A stretch of 45,166 nt of DNA from a virus. Location: the IMG/VR virus record IMGVR_UViG_3300006099_000022, one strand, 5' to 3'. The notes beneath the pieces were generated by a model. That model was not told the origin of the DNA. It worked only from the letters and a program-made list of their open reading frames with translations, and searched no databases. Below are positions 34,569-43,339 of this stretch, piece by piece. Within the stretch, counting starts at the first letter, position 1. The number at the start of each line of letters is the position of its first letter. The position numbers and the translations under genes are program-made.

Positions 34569-34769
34569 CTACCAATAACGCGGACGCTCAACCTTAACCT
34601 CCGCTATATCTGCTGACGGGATAGCCGTCTCATTATCCCACTCATCTATTATTACGACAAAGCCTTCTTCGTATCGAATCCCCTTCGTATAACTTCCCCC
34701 TGCCCTCCCCTCATGCCTGAATTCTCTTGTTGACCCGTCTTTCATTTTTACATAAATGTTTCTTGCCAC
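34569..34769 (-). CDS. Hypothetical protein
   Basis: A 66-aa ORF. Confidence 0.45.
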   Translation of the reverse strand: MARNIYVKMKDGSTREFRHEGRAGGSYTKGIRYEEGFVVIIDEWDNETAIPSADIAEVKVERPRYW

Positions 34770-34790
34770 CTTTTCCTTCTCCTCTCTGTT

Positions 34791-35417
34791 TCATATTTCT
34801 GTGCAGAATCCGGCCCACTGCTCTGCCATTGCCTTTGCAATGCCGGGAAATGTCTTTGACCGGATCTTCGGATCCCTCTCTTTCCTTCCCGGGAATCGCC
34901 TGTAATTTCCGTGCGCATCCTTACCGCCGCCATTTATATAGGGTTCATAATCCGACATGATTTCCGTTGCAAAGAGCGGAGGCAGGCCCTTCAGCCACAG
35001 GCACGTCCGTTTACTGTATGCATGTCCGAAATCATAGGGCTGAATCACCTGGTCACAAGGCGGCAGCCCGATCAACTTCATCGGTGTGGGATTTTCAATC
35101 GCAATTCGGGGGCAATCCGCATTATAAAACTGCATGAAAAACGCTTTTGCCTCCATCGCTTTCTGGTAACGTTCTGCCACAATCTCCCCGTTTACTCTCA
35201 TTCTTACGGCGCCGGCTCTGGTCATATATGTACAGGGCGGGAAGGCAATCAGCATATCCCATTTTATTTTCAGCAGCGGCGTCACGTCCTGCTGCAAATG
35301 CCATTCCGGATGGCCGCCGGAACAGGGCTCTATGTCACAGGAGTACGCCTCATGTCCCAGTCTGCGCAGCTCCTTCGTTACCGCCTGGGATTCCTCACAT
35401 GCCACGAGTACCCGCAT
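34791..35417 (-). CDS. C5-cytosine DNA methyltransferase-like protein (short form)
   Basis: The start MRVLVACEESQ is preceded by a GAGGAG RBS. The motifs are FPPCTY (a PC motif) and IAIENP (an ENV-like motif). No obvious target-recognition domain is seen. Confidence 0.55.
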   Translation of the reverse strand: MRVLVACEESQAVTKELRRLGHEAYSCDIEPCSGGHPEWHLQQDVTPLLKIKWDMLIAFPPCTYMTRAGAVRMRVNGEIVAERYQKAMEAKAFFMQFYNADCPRIAIENPTPMKLIGLPPCDQVIQPYDFGHAYSKRTCLWLKGLPPLFATEIMSDYEPYINGGGKDAHGNYRRFPGRKERDPKIRSKTFPGIAKAMAEQWAGFCTEI

Positions 35418-35418
35418 C

Positions 35419-35568
35419 TTACTCCTCACACTCAACTACGCCGAAATGATACCCGCACGCATCACACAGGGCTGTTCCGTCGCTGTAGTATCTCGTGATC
35501 TCTGCTCCGCATTTCGGGCAGTAGGAAATGTCATCATTCTCTGTTATTCCGCTTATGAATCCGTACAT
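35419..35568 (-). CDS. Zinc-ribbon small protein (49 aa, below the ORF-track cutoff)
   Basis: The translation is MYGFISGITENDDISYCPKCGAEITRYYSDGTALCDACGYHFGVVECEE. Confidence 0.5.
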   Translation of the reverse strand: MYGFISGITENDDISYCPKCGAEITRYYSDGTALCDACGYHFGVVECEE

Positions 35569-35593
35569 GGTGTACCTCTGTTTAAATTCCTAC

Positions 35594-35977
35594 TTATGGT
35601 TTCGTCTCTACTGTGACCGGAAACTCTGCATGGAAGAACATCTTGTAATGATATGGGTCCGTATGCGTTCCGGTGATGTCCTCTACTACGTACATTGTGT
35701 ATTCATTCAGGTAAATATAATTCTTTTTATACTCATTTGGCCCTGTCTTCACCGTACAGACCAATTCTCCGGCGGAATCATTTGAAATTGACATGTACCC
35801 CTCCGCCTCCAGAACCACCATATCCGTTCTGGCATTGTATACCGTAATCCGCCTCTCACACTCAAAATAATCGGCCTGTTGAGAAATGTTTGCATTTACC
35901 TTGTCCGCCTCGCTGCAGCCTCCCATAAAGACGGTGATGCATACCATCAGTAAAAATAGTTTGATTTTCTTTTTCAT
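35594..35977 (-). CDS. Lipoprotein
   Basis: The signal peptide MKKKIKLFLLMVCITVFMGGC carries the lipobox FMGGC. Confidence 0.75.
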   Translation of the reverse strand: MKKKIKLFLLMVCITVFMGGCSEADKVNANISQQADYFECERRITVYNARTDMVVLEAEGYMSISNDSAGELVCTVKTGPNEYKKNYIYLNEYTMYVVEDITGTHTDPYHYKMFFHAEFPVTVETKP

Positions 35978-36027
35978 TTCTTTATCCTTTCTCGATTTGC
36001 TACATTTACTTATTGCCTATTTGATAC

Positions 36028-36435
36028 TCATAATTCTTTCAATGCGGCTTCGGCTTCTTCCTGTGTTGCAAACCATTTCTTTCCAAAATCTGCAATATCC
36101 ATATCAATTTTAAGAAACTCATATTCTTTCATTTTGCTCGAAAGCCTTGCATATATTCCGTCTGTGTAAATTACAAAGCTGTCAACACAAAAAGTAAGGA
36201 TTTTGCCAAAGGAAAAAGAATGCACTGTATCCCCCACCGCACAGGGAAGTTTCGGCAGTTTTCCTTGTTCCTCTAAGTCCTCGTATTCTGCCAGCTTGAA
36301 CAGCGCTTTTCTTATGTCTTCGCAATCGGCTTTTCCGCAACCTGTGCAGAAATTACTACAACTTATTCCGTTTCCCCTACTATCAACCGAAACATGATTT
36401 TTTCCGTCATATGTATATCTTTTTGTTAGCCTATC
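36028..36435 (-). CDS. Hypothetical Cys-containing protein
   Basis: The start MDRLTKRY overlaps the radical-SAM stop by 8 nt. It contains a CSNFCTGCGKADC cluster. Confidence 0.5.
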   Translation of the reverse strand, partial: DRLTKRYTYDGKNHVSVDSRGNGISCSNFCTGCGKADCEDIRKALFKLAEYEDLEEQGKLPKLPCAVGDTVHSFSFGKILTFCVDSFVIYTDGIYARLSSKMKEYEFLKIDMDIADFGKKWFATQEEAEAALKEL

Positions 36436-37354
36436 CATAGTTCTCCTTCCTCCGGCAATACTCCCTCCACGTCTCCGACCGGTAACTCCCGCCATATATG
36501 TACCGCTGGGCAAACTCCTGCTGCTTTGCATTCGGCCGGATCCCCAACCGGTCATTCCGCTCGGCCTGCGCGTACAGATTGATCGTCTTATACCCTTTCA
36601 GCGCCTCCACCCGCTCCGCTGCATCTTCCAGGTCCGTTGTTACAAGCAGGTATATAAAAATCCGATATGGTTTAATCCCCCGCTTCATCAGCAGCTCTAT
36701 GGTACGCCTGACCGGTTCGATCTGTCCTTTCTGGTCGCAGCTAAAACGGATAAACCGGATCCATTTCAACCTTGCAAGCAGGTCCGCCACGCTCCCGTCT
36801 ACCAGCCGCGCGTCCATTCCCTGATTCAGGTCGATTTTATATCCAGCGCCGGCCAGGCTCTCCAACTGCGCAAGCCCAAAATCGGACGCCAGTATGTTGT
36901 TATCCATCAGCACTAACTTATTCGTGTCTGGCCGCACTACCTGCTGCCAGGTCCTGTACGGTCGTATCCCTCCTTCCTTTTCCGGTACGATGCACCATCT
37001 GCAATGATTCGGGCAGCCCCTTGTAAGATACCCAACCGCATAATCACACTCCGGATAGAGGCTGTAATCCGGATACATGGCGTCAATCTCCGGAGCGAGC
37101 TCCTGGTTTATCGGCAGATCCCGATAACCTGTCCCGCCCCGGATTGCCCCCTCCGGAAGATAGGGATCGGTGGGCGTAAAATCAAACACCTTGCTGCTGT
37201 AGACCCGGTCATAGTGATACAATGGATTCCACCATTCCACCGTATCCCCCGCTGCCTTGTGCCACGCCGACAGTTTCATGAGTGCCAGGTTCGGGAATGT
37301 TTTATTTTTAAAATAATCCTTTTCTGCGTCGTGCAGTCCAATCTTCATCGTCAC
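36431..37354 (-). CDS. Radical SAM enzyme of unknown specificity
   Basis: A 307-aa ORF with CPNHCRWC (the CxxxCxxC motif). The start overlaps the Dam stop as ATGA. Confidence 0.8.
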   Translation of the reverse strand: MTMKIGLHDAEKDYFKNKTFPNLALMKLSAWHKAAGDTVEWWNPLYHYDRVYSSKVFDFTPTDPYLPEGAIRGGTGYRDLPINQELAPEIDAMYPDYSLYPECDYAVGYLTRGCPNHCRWCIVPEKEGGIRPYRTWQQVVRPDTNKLVLMDNNILASDFGLAQLESLAGAGYKIDLNQGMDARLVDGSVADLLARLKWIRFIRFSCDQKGQIEPVRRTIELLMKRGIKPYRIFIYLLVTTDLEDAAERVEALKGYKTINLYAQAERNDRLGIRPNAKQQEFAQRYIYGGSYRSETWREYCRRKENYG

Positions 37355-38136
37355 TTAAATAGGCTCATCTGCCCTACCGGCTCAAAATTCATCCACAGTA
37401 TCTCCTGCTTTTTGGTCCCTGAATGCGTATAACAGCCCACTTCCTCCCGATGCCAGCCCCGCAGCCGCTCCCTGTACATCTCGCTCTCATATCCGGACAA
37501 TACCACCGGCCCGCGGTGCGACAACAGCACGTCCAACAGCTCCTCGTGATCCCGATCGGTCATTTCAAACGCATACTGCTTTCCGTGCCTCGTCCCCAGC
37601 AGGTATGGCGGATCGGCGTAAATCAGGACATTCGGGTAATTAAACCGCCCAATCAGTTCCACCGCAGTCCGGTTCTCGATCTGGACACCGCGGAGCCGTT
37701 CTGCTGCCTCCACGATCCTCCCCGGCAGAGTGCTCCAGTTCCACGAAGCATACGAGCGCTCCCTTCCCTGCACGTCGTTCTTCCAGCCTACTTTCTCCCC
37801 GTTTGTCCGGTATCCGTGTCCCATATTCAGACGGATAAAGAAATTCACGGCCCGCTCCAGGCTGTCCTCCGGCTCCGCCGCAAAAGCGGCCTCATACACC
37901 TCCCTTGCATACGGCGTATAATAGATTTCATGGGCCAGTCTTTCCGGATCCTTTTTGATCCATTCGAACAGGTTCACCACATTCCCGTCCAGATCGTTCA
38001 CCGTCTCGATGCGGGAGCGCGGCTTGTTAAACAATACCGCCCCGCTCCCGAAGAACGGCTCCAGATAGCTGTGGTGCTCGGGAAAACGGCTGATAATCCA
38101 GTCTGCAAGGCTCCATTTGCTCCCCGGATACCGCAT
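37351..38136 (-). CDS. dam: N6-adenine DNA methyltransferase (Dam / D12 class)
   Basis: The motifs are MRYPGSKW...EPFFGSGAV (SAM binding) and DPPY (catalytic). The start at 38136 is coupled to the upstream stop as TGATG. Confidence 0.85.
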   Translation of the reverse strand: MRYPGSKWSLADWIISRFPEHHSYLEPFFGSGAVLFNKPRSRIETVNDLDGNVVNLFEWIKKDPERLAHEIYYTPYAREVYEAAFAAEPEDSLERAVNFFIRLNMGHGYRTNGEKVGWKNDVQGRERSYASWNWSTLPGRIVEAAERLRGVQIENRTAVELIGRFNYPNVLIYADPPYLLGTRHGKQYAFEMTDRDHEELLDVLLSHRGPVVLSGYESEMYRERLRGWHREEVGCYTHSGTKKQEILWMNFEPVGQMSLFK

Positions 38137-38354
38137 CAGCGCATGCATGCCTTCCGCCTCCCCCGGCTGCACCCGTCCTCCGGCCGCAGATCCAGTACAT
38201 CAAGCCCGGCCGTGGACCGGCACCAATAAATTCCCGTCGTCTCCTCGCAGGCCAGGTATTCACACTCCCGGCACTGCACAATCTCCTGACGCCTTTCCAG
38301 CAGTTTTGCTATCCTTCTCGCATACGCCGCCAGGCGCTTTCTCATTCCCTGCAT
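38136..38354 (-). CDS. Hypothetical Cys-containing small protein
   Basis: The start MQGMRKRL lies 5 nt after GGAGAG. It contains CRECEYLACEE...WC. Confidence 0.45.
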   Translation of the reverse strand: MQGMRKRLAAYARRIAKLLERRQEIVQCRECEYLACEETTGIYWCRSTAGLDVLDLRPEDGCSRGRRKACMR

Positions 38355-38490
38355 CTTGTCTCTCCTTTCCATTCCCCGGCACACACGCGAAATGGACATG
38401 CCGCTCTTTGCTTCCCCGCGTCCGGATCCGCACATGCGCCCCCGTAATCTCCCGGCCACAGATGCTGCAGAGATAAAATCCTCCGCTCAT
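38260..38490 (-). CDS. Hypothetical small zinc-finger-like protein
   Basis: The N-terminus reads MSGGFYLCSICGREITGAHVRIRTRGSKERHVHFAC. The start overlaps the upstream stop as ATGA. The 3-prime third overlaps the next ORF in another frame. Confidence 0.4.
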   Translation of the reverse strand: MSGGFYLCSICGREITGAHVRIRTRGSKERHVHFACVPGNGKERQDAGNEKAPGGVCEKDSKTAGKASGDCAVPGV

Positions 38491-38783
38491 GACGCCTCCT
38501 CCTGCTGCCTCTGTTTCTCTTTCTCGATCTCTGCGGTCAGCAGCTCCACCCAGCCGATCGTCTCCTGCACACCGCCCGGCAGACGGATCACGGCAAAGCA
38601 GGGATACTTTGCAACGACCGTTCCGACCCGCTCTACCCCATTCCGCCGCGTCATGGGCGATCCTACGTCACAGGCCTTTAACGTCCTGCATACAATCTTG
38701 TCCCCGATCTGCACGCGCTTACGCATACGCTCCACATCTTCCTGGGTAATCCCTTGCTTTGAGTCAGGCCTTCCTGCTTTCAC
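38487..38783 (-). CDS. Veg-like small protein
   Basis: A GTG start at 38783 follows GGAGGGGAG. The stretch ERVGTVVAKYPCFAVIRLPGGVQETIGWVELLTAEIE resembles the Veg / DUF1021 pattern. This call rests on recall only. Confidence 0.3.
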   Translation of the reverse strand: MKAGRPDSKQGITQEDVERMRKRVQIGDKIVCRTLKACDVGSPMTRRNGVERVGTVVAKYPCFAVIRLPGGVQETIGWVELLTAEIEKEKQRQQEEAS

Positions 38784-39561
38784 CTGGCTCCCCTCCTTTC
38801 GACCGCTGCCGGATATGTTCATACACGGCGCTCTCGTAGTCGTTTGTGCGCTCCTCAAAGTTCTTGAACCGGTTCTGGCTCTTTCCCTTCCGGGCGCCCG
38901 GCCGCTCTGTCTCCGCTTCGTCGTCCTTAAGCGGGAACACGTCCTTCCAGCGCCTCCGGATCGACTGCTCTAAGATCGCCGTTTTCACTGCCGTGTCTCC
39001 CGGCGCCAGCTCCTCCAGCCGCTTAAAGAGCATTTCCAGGCTCGCACTCGTAAGCGGCTTCCCCAGCTGCTCCATGCTCGCTATGTACCTCTCAAGCGTA
39101 TCCTGCGGGATCGCTTCGGCCGGTTTTGGGGCGCACTTTTCTGGTATTGCGTTAGCAATACTCTTTTCTGTCTTAGTCTTTTGTCTTAGTCTATCTATGT
39201 CTGCACTTTGTACTGTACTTTGTACTTCTTTTGAACCTCCCTTTGTACTGTCGTTTGTACCCTCTTTTGTACTGTATTTTGTTGGGTACAAAATACAGTA
39301 CCGGGTACATTCCCCCCTCTTTTTTGAGGGGATAAAGTCGATCAGGCCGAGCTGCTTTAACTCCGACCTCGCGTTCATAAACGCCTTCTCACTCACATTC
39401 ATCATGCTGCTGATGCTTACGTTGGTCCTAGAGAACCAGTCCGACCAACTAGATTTGTTGTTTATCATCAGTAAGGTATGATAAAGCAACTGTCCGTTAT
39501 TGGAAACCCGGCTGCACTGTACTCTTTCGTAAAATGCATTCAGCAACTCCAGATAGCTCAT
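38764..39561 (-). CDS. Replication initiation / replisome-organizer protein (DnaD-like)
   Basis: The N-terminus has a winged-helix-like region and the C-terminus reads ...RRRWKDVFPL. The linker coding region contains iterons. Confidence 0.55.
   Translation of the reverse strand: MSYLELLNAFYERVQCSRVSNNGQLLYHTLLMINNKSSWSDWFSRTNVSISSMMNVSEKAFMNARSELKQLGLIDFIPSKKRGECTRYCILYPTKYSTKEGTNDSTKGGSKEVQSTVQSADIDRLRQKTKTEKSIANAIPEKCAPKPAEAIPQDTLERYIASMEQLGKPLTSASLEMLFKRLEELAPGDTAVKTAILEQSIRRRWKDVFPLKDDEAETERPGARKGKSQNRFKNFEERTNDYESAVYEHIRQRSKGGEPGESRKA
39207..39301. repeat. Iteron cluster plus 14-bp-stem inverted repeat inside the replication gene (candidate origin)
   Basis: TTTGTAC occurs at 39207, 39219, 39242, 39254 and 39266, giving spacings of 12, 23, 12 and 12 bp. 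GTACTGTATTTTGT (39269-39282) pairs with ACAAAATACAGTAC (39288-39301). Confidence 0.6.
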
Positions 39562-39635
39562 GCAGGCCCTCACCTGCCTTTCTGTTTAGCCCCTCCCTGC
39601 CCGCGTGACAGGAAGGGGCGTGTCGGTTTCCGGCA

Positions 39636-40364
39636 TTATGAGATCACGGTATACTGCTTAAGCTCCTTCAGGTTCTCCTGCAGATACTCCTTGATCGAAC
39701 GCATGGCTTCATTCTTCCAGGCGCCTCCATCTGCCTCAAAGATGGCGCACTCCACACGACGGCCTTCCCCCTGACGCATCCGGAACACAAATGCGCTTTC
39801 CGGCTGCTTGACTTCGACGAAAGTACGGAATGGCTGCAGCGTCACCGGGTTCGGCACCACCGCGTTCTCCACGGAGGCAACCCCCACTTTCACCGTGGCC
39901 TTCTGCGTCACACCGTCGTCCCCGTATTGAGTGATGGACTCGTCCTTGACTGTGCCGGCGAATTTCAATAAGAGGGCCCGGTCATTATTCTCTTTGAATT
40001 TGGACAGCAGCGCGATCACAAAGCTCTCCTGCTCCAAATACCTGCCGTATGCAAACTCCGGCACCAGGGCTTTTACCACCACCAGGCGCTCCCGCTTCCG
40101 GTCGTCGTCCAATTTCGATACCAGGCGGACCTCCGTCGGGGAAACCACCTGCACCAGCATCTGATCCGCCATTGTGTCAATCCCGGCTTTCAGATAGTCC
40201 ACCAGGCTCGTGAGCGTGTTCATCTCAATGGCGTCCGCCCGCAGCTTATAATCCACCCGTTTTATGTCCCGGTCCACATAGGTATCACCGTTGATCTTCA
40301 GAGTCTCCGCCTTTCTAAGGCCTACTACATACTGTAACGCATCTTTCGTCATATCCATTCTCAT
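39636..40364 (-). CDS. Hypothetical conserved early protein
   Basis: A 242-aa ORF in the recombination/replication module. Confidence 0.5.
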   Translation of the reverse strand: MRMDMTKDALQYVVGLRKAETLKINGDTYVDRDIKRVDYKLRADAIEMNTLTSLVDYLKAGIDTMADQMLVQVVSPTEVRLVSKLDDDRKRERLVVVKALVPEFAYGRYLEQESFVIALLSKFKENNDRALLLKFAGTVKDESITQYGDDGVTQKATVKVGVASVENAVVPNPVTLQPFRTFVEVKQPESAFVFRMRQGEGRRVECAIFEADGGAWKNEAMRSIKEYLQENLKELKQYTVIS

Positions 40365-40378
40365 TTTCCTCCTTGTTT

Positions 40379-40807
40379 TTATGCTTCTTTGGCTGCCCGG
40401 AAATCGACTACGTTCCCGGCCTCTTTGATCTCTCCCGTTTCCGCATCGACGGTCCGCCCGTCAATCGTCAGCTCCGAGGGGTTGTCCGGGTTCTGCTTAA
40501 ACTCCATCTGCCCCTTTAGCTGCCCTCCGTACTCCTGCGCGTAGACCTCGCCGGTACGCAGATCCCGGCCGATTGCCATGCGCGTCGCAATCGGCTTGAC
40601 CGGCGCCGTCTTCGTCTCCACGGATACGTTTACCGCAGCGTCGTCCCGCTCCTCCGTCTGCTCAAAGGTCAGCTTAATCGTGATCGCGCGCTTGTTCTTC
40701 CATGGCGTGTTGGGGTCCTGCATGTTGGAGATGACCGTTTCCATGGCGCGGTCAAATTTCTCCTGCAAGGCGCCACCTGTCAGCTCCTGTAACGATACTT
40801 TTTCCAT
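40379..40807 (-). CDS. Hypothetical early protein
   Basis: The start is MEKVSLQELTGG at 40807. Confidence 0.5.
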   Translation of the reverse strand: MEKVSLQELTGGALQEKFDRAMETVISNMQDPNTPWKNKRAITIKLTFEQTEERDDAAVNVSVETKTAPVKPIATRMAIGRDLRTGEVYAQEYGGQLKGQMEFKQNPDNPSELTIDGRTVDAETGEIKEAGNVVDFRAAKEA

Positions 40808-40895
40808 TCTGTTTCCTTTCCGAACCGGCCTGACAGCCGGCCTCTCTGTTGTCTTCAATGGCTCTGTTGTGACATATCAATCCACCATTGAGGGG

Positions 40896-41198
40896 TTATA
40901 AATAAGACTTGCCAAATTCTTTTATGAAATCTTCCCGGCTCCCAACGTTCTGCTCGTAATATTCCTGGCATTTCCGCTTTAAAAAACCGTCGATCTGTTT
41001 GTTCTCCGGTGTCGGGTTGAACCAAACTCCATTCGGATGGAGGTCGCGCCGGAGGGGGATCACAAATCCGTACCGCTCCGATCGGTTCCGGTTATGGCCC
41101 CCGAATATGTGATGGCGTTCGATGCAGGGACTCCCGGTAAAATAGCAGCGATCCATGTCTTCGGTAAAAATGCTCCATACTTTTTTCAGATTCCCCAC
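40896..41198 (-). CDS. Hypothetical protein with an HNH-like CxxxG...ERHHIFGG motif
   Basis: A 100-aa ORF containing CYFTGSPCIERHHIFGGHNRNRSERYG...LHPNG. Confidence 0.35.
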   Translation of the reverse strand: MGNLKKVWSIFTEDMDRCYFTGSPCIERHHIFGGHNRNRSERYGFVIPLRRDLHPNGVWFNPTPENKQIDGFLKRKCQEYYEQNVGSREDFIKEFGKSYL

Positions 41199-41707
41199 TC
41201 CCTTTGCATACGCTCAAGCTCCGCCGGCGGCAGCGTCTCAATCTCCATCTCCTTACACTCTTTTAGGAGCCCGTCAATAAAGACAGACATCTCTTTCGTG
41301 TCAAATGTACTGCTTCCAAAATAGCACTGCAGCTGCACTCCCCTCCTTCCGTTTACGATGATGGGACCGAGATTTTTTACGGTCCTCCATTCTGCCATGA
41401 TCCGCTCTACTACTTCCGGCCGCACGATGATGTGGGTAAACACGCCGCTGTATCGCTCAAGCATGAGTAGATACACACTCCATTTATCGCTTCCTACCAC
41501 TTCCGCGATCTTCTGCATTAATACCCATGCATATGCATTCGCGTCCAGGCTCCGGCGATTTCTGTGGATTTTGGCAGAAATAGTTAACGGCTTGTTTTTA
41601 AGCTTGTCGATCGTCCTGGTAAGGTCTTCATTGATCTCAAAGGTGATCTCCCATTTCTTTGTCAGCCAATTCCGAGAGATACTTTTAAGCGCTCCTGTAC
41701 ACTCCAT
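41186..41707 (-). CDS. NinB/Orf-like recombination mediator
   Basis: NRRSLDANAYAWVLMQKIAE resembles the RSLDQN...LWA core of lambda NinB. Confidence 0.45.
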   Translation of the reverse strand: MECTGALKSISRNWLTKKWEITFEINEDLTRTIDKLKNKPLTISAKIHRNRRSLDANAYAWVLMQKIAEVVGSDKWSVYLLMLERYSGVFTHIIVRPEVVERIMAEWRTVKNLGPIIVNGRRGVQLQCYFGSSTFDTKEMSVFIDGLLKECKEMEIETLPPAELERMQREWGI

Positions 41708-41712
41708 CTATT

Positions 41713-42558
41713 TCACCTCTCCGGTGTACTCCAGGGGAGTCCCGGATCCTCCTCATCGGGAGGTACAGTCCCGGGATACGGCCCCTTGTCCGGCTTTGCC
41801 TTGAAAATCTCCATTGCATTTTTAAACTGTGCAATGGTAAGCTCGTGAATGTCCGATACCTTGTAATTCTTTAATAAACTGTTCAGCCCGATCCCAGTTC
41901 GCTTCATCTCCATGTACAGTGTGTTGATATGGACGGAATCGACACGCACCTGATTGGGATCGGTCTCAAATTGGGCGGCTGGTCCGGGCTGTCCGGCGCT
42001 GCCCTCTGCGGTCCCCTTACCCATACAATAGACCGTCCTTTTCGCTTCGTTCCCGATCAACAGCCGATTAATTGCGTTCTCGCTGTCATATCCGATCTCC
42101 TGGACATGAAAGCGTTCGTAGCAGGTATATTTTTTCTTTCCGCGATCGTCTAGGGCTTTTATCCTGCATGCGTCTTTGGAAATCCAGATGAAGGGGGCGG
42201 TGTACAACTCGCGCCCAATCCCCCAGTTGAAGCAAGCCCTTTTAAAGCTGTCCGAAGCCTGTCCCTTTTCTTTTTCTGTATAGCTCTCGGTCCCTACGTC
42301 CTGTTTAGATACCCATTCCCCCGTCTCCGGGTTCCGGATCGACACGGTACAATAGAGCCGGTCCCCGATGAGCTGATGGGAGCGGGACCAGTTATAGGGC
42401 CCCACGCTCTCATCTAAAAGGTTTTGATCGACCCGGGCGTTTTTATATAAAAGGAGCGAGATGCCGCTCTCCTTTACCATGTTGATCCGGCATTCGATCT
42501 CGTTTGCCTTCAACAGGCGGAAGTTAAACGGCTGCCTGTCCTTCTGGTTCTCCTCCAT
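41713..42558 (-). CDS. Rad52/Sak-type single-strand annealing protein
   Basis: The signature is KGQASDSFKRACFNWGIGRELY. Confidence 0.65.
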   Translation of the reverse strand: MEENQKDRQPFNFRLLKANEIECRINMVKESGISLLLYKNARVDQNLLDESVGPYNWSRSHQLIGDRLYCTVSIRNPETGEWVSKQDVGTESYTEKEKGQASDSFKRACFNWGIGRELYTAPFIWISKDACRIKALDDRGKKKYTCYERFHVQEIGYDSENAINRLLIGNEAKRTVYCMGKGTAEGSAGQPGPAAQFETDPNQVRVDSVHINTLYMEMKRTGIGLNSLLKNYKVSDIHELTIAQFKNAMEIFKAKPDKGPYPGTVPPDEEDPGLPWSTPER

Positions 42559-43159
42559 CGTCGGCTCCTTTCCCCTCTATCACGCGGGACGCCCACATAT
42601 CTGCCATATGTAAGAGCAGATACAGCGGGGTCTCCTTCCCCTGGATCTCATACTTAAACGGCCCATACATGCCATTGTGCATCAGGATCGCCCAGTTCTC
42701 ATCTTCTGCCAAATGGATATACCGATTTAAAATCTGGATCGAACGGATTTCATGATCTATGTATAAAAGCTCCGGATTCCCTATATATGGCTTGCTCGTG
42801 GATTGATACGGTTCTGGATTCGGATTGGCCTTCGTCGCCCGCCCTTTTAGCATGTTTGGGATATATCCGGGCTTGCCAAACTGCCCGGCTTTCCCCAGGT
42901 CATGAAGCAATGCGCAGATGGCAACGCTTTCGGCCGGTATCTCCGGATAAAGCATGGTACGCAGCCTCTCTGCGAGGCAGAATACATTCAGGCTATGCTC
43001 TGCAAGCCCTCCCTCATATGCAAGGTGATACTGCGTTGAGCAAGGAGATGTATAAAATCCATAATCGGACATGAATTTCAACAGCTTCTCCATTCCCTCC
43101 CTGCCTGTTTTTAACAGTATTTCCTCGATTTGTTTCCTCACTTCCTGAACATCTTTCAT
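42524..43159 (-). CDS. HD-domain phosphohydrolase
   Basis: The motifs are EHSLNV and ALLHDLGK. Confidence 0.75.
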   Translation of the reverse strand: MKDVQEVRKQIEEILLKTGREGMEKLLKFMSDYGFYTSPCSTQYHLAYEGGLAEHSLNVFCLAERLRTMLYPEIPAESVAICALLHDLGKAGQFGKPGYIPNMLKGRATKANPNPEPYQSTSKPYIGNPELLYIDHEIRSIQILNRYIHLAEDENWAILMHNGMYGPFKYEIQGKETPLYLLLHMADMWASRVIEGKGADDGGEPEGQAAV

Positions 43160-43339
43160 TCAGACAGCCTCCTCTACGTTTATTTTATATTGGTCCGGGT
43201 CCCACACGCCAACAGGCTCCTGCATACGCTTTCGATGGGAAATCCGTATTTCAGCCCTCTCCCTGCATTCTTCACACAGACGGCCCTCTCCTGGATCCAG
43301 GAAGCAGCCACACAGATCGCAAAGATACGGATGCTTCAT
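43160..43339 (-). CDS. Small CxxC-CxxC zinc-ribbon protein (59 aa, below the ORF-track cutoff)
   Basis: The translation begins MKHPYLCDLCGCFLDPGEGRLCEECRERAEIR.... The start and stop are coupled to the neighbouring genes (ATGA and TGAATG). Confidence 0.5.
   Translation of the reverse strand: MKHPYLCDLCGCFLDPGEGRLCEECRERAEIRISHRKRMQEPVGVWDPDQYKINVEEAV

Noticed and set aside
37423-38229. A 268-aa plus-strand ORF
   Set aside because: It is antisense to the Dam methyltransferase gene, which carries DPPY and SAM-binding motifs. Its Pro/Arg-rich translation is a shadow frame.
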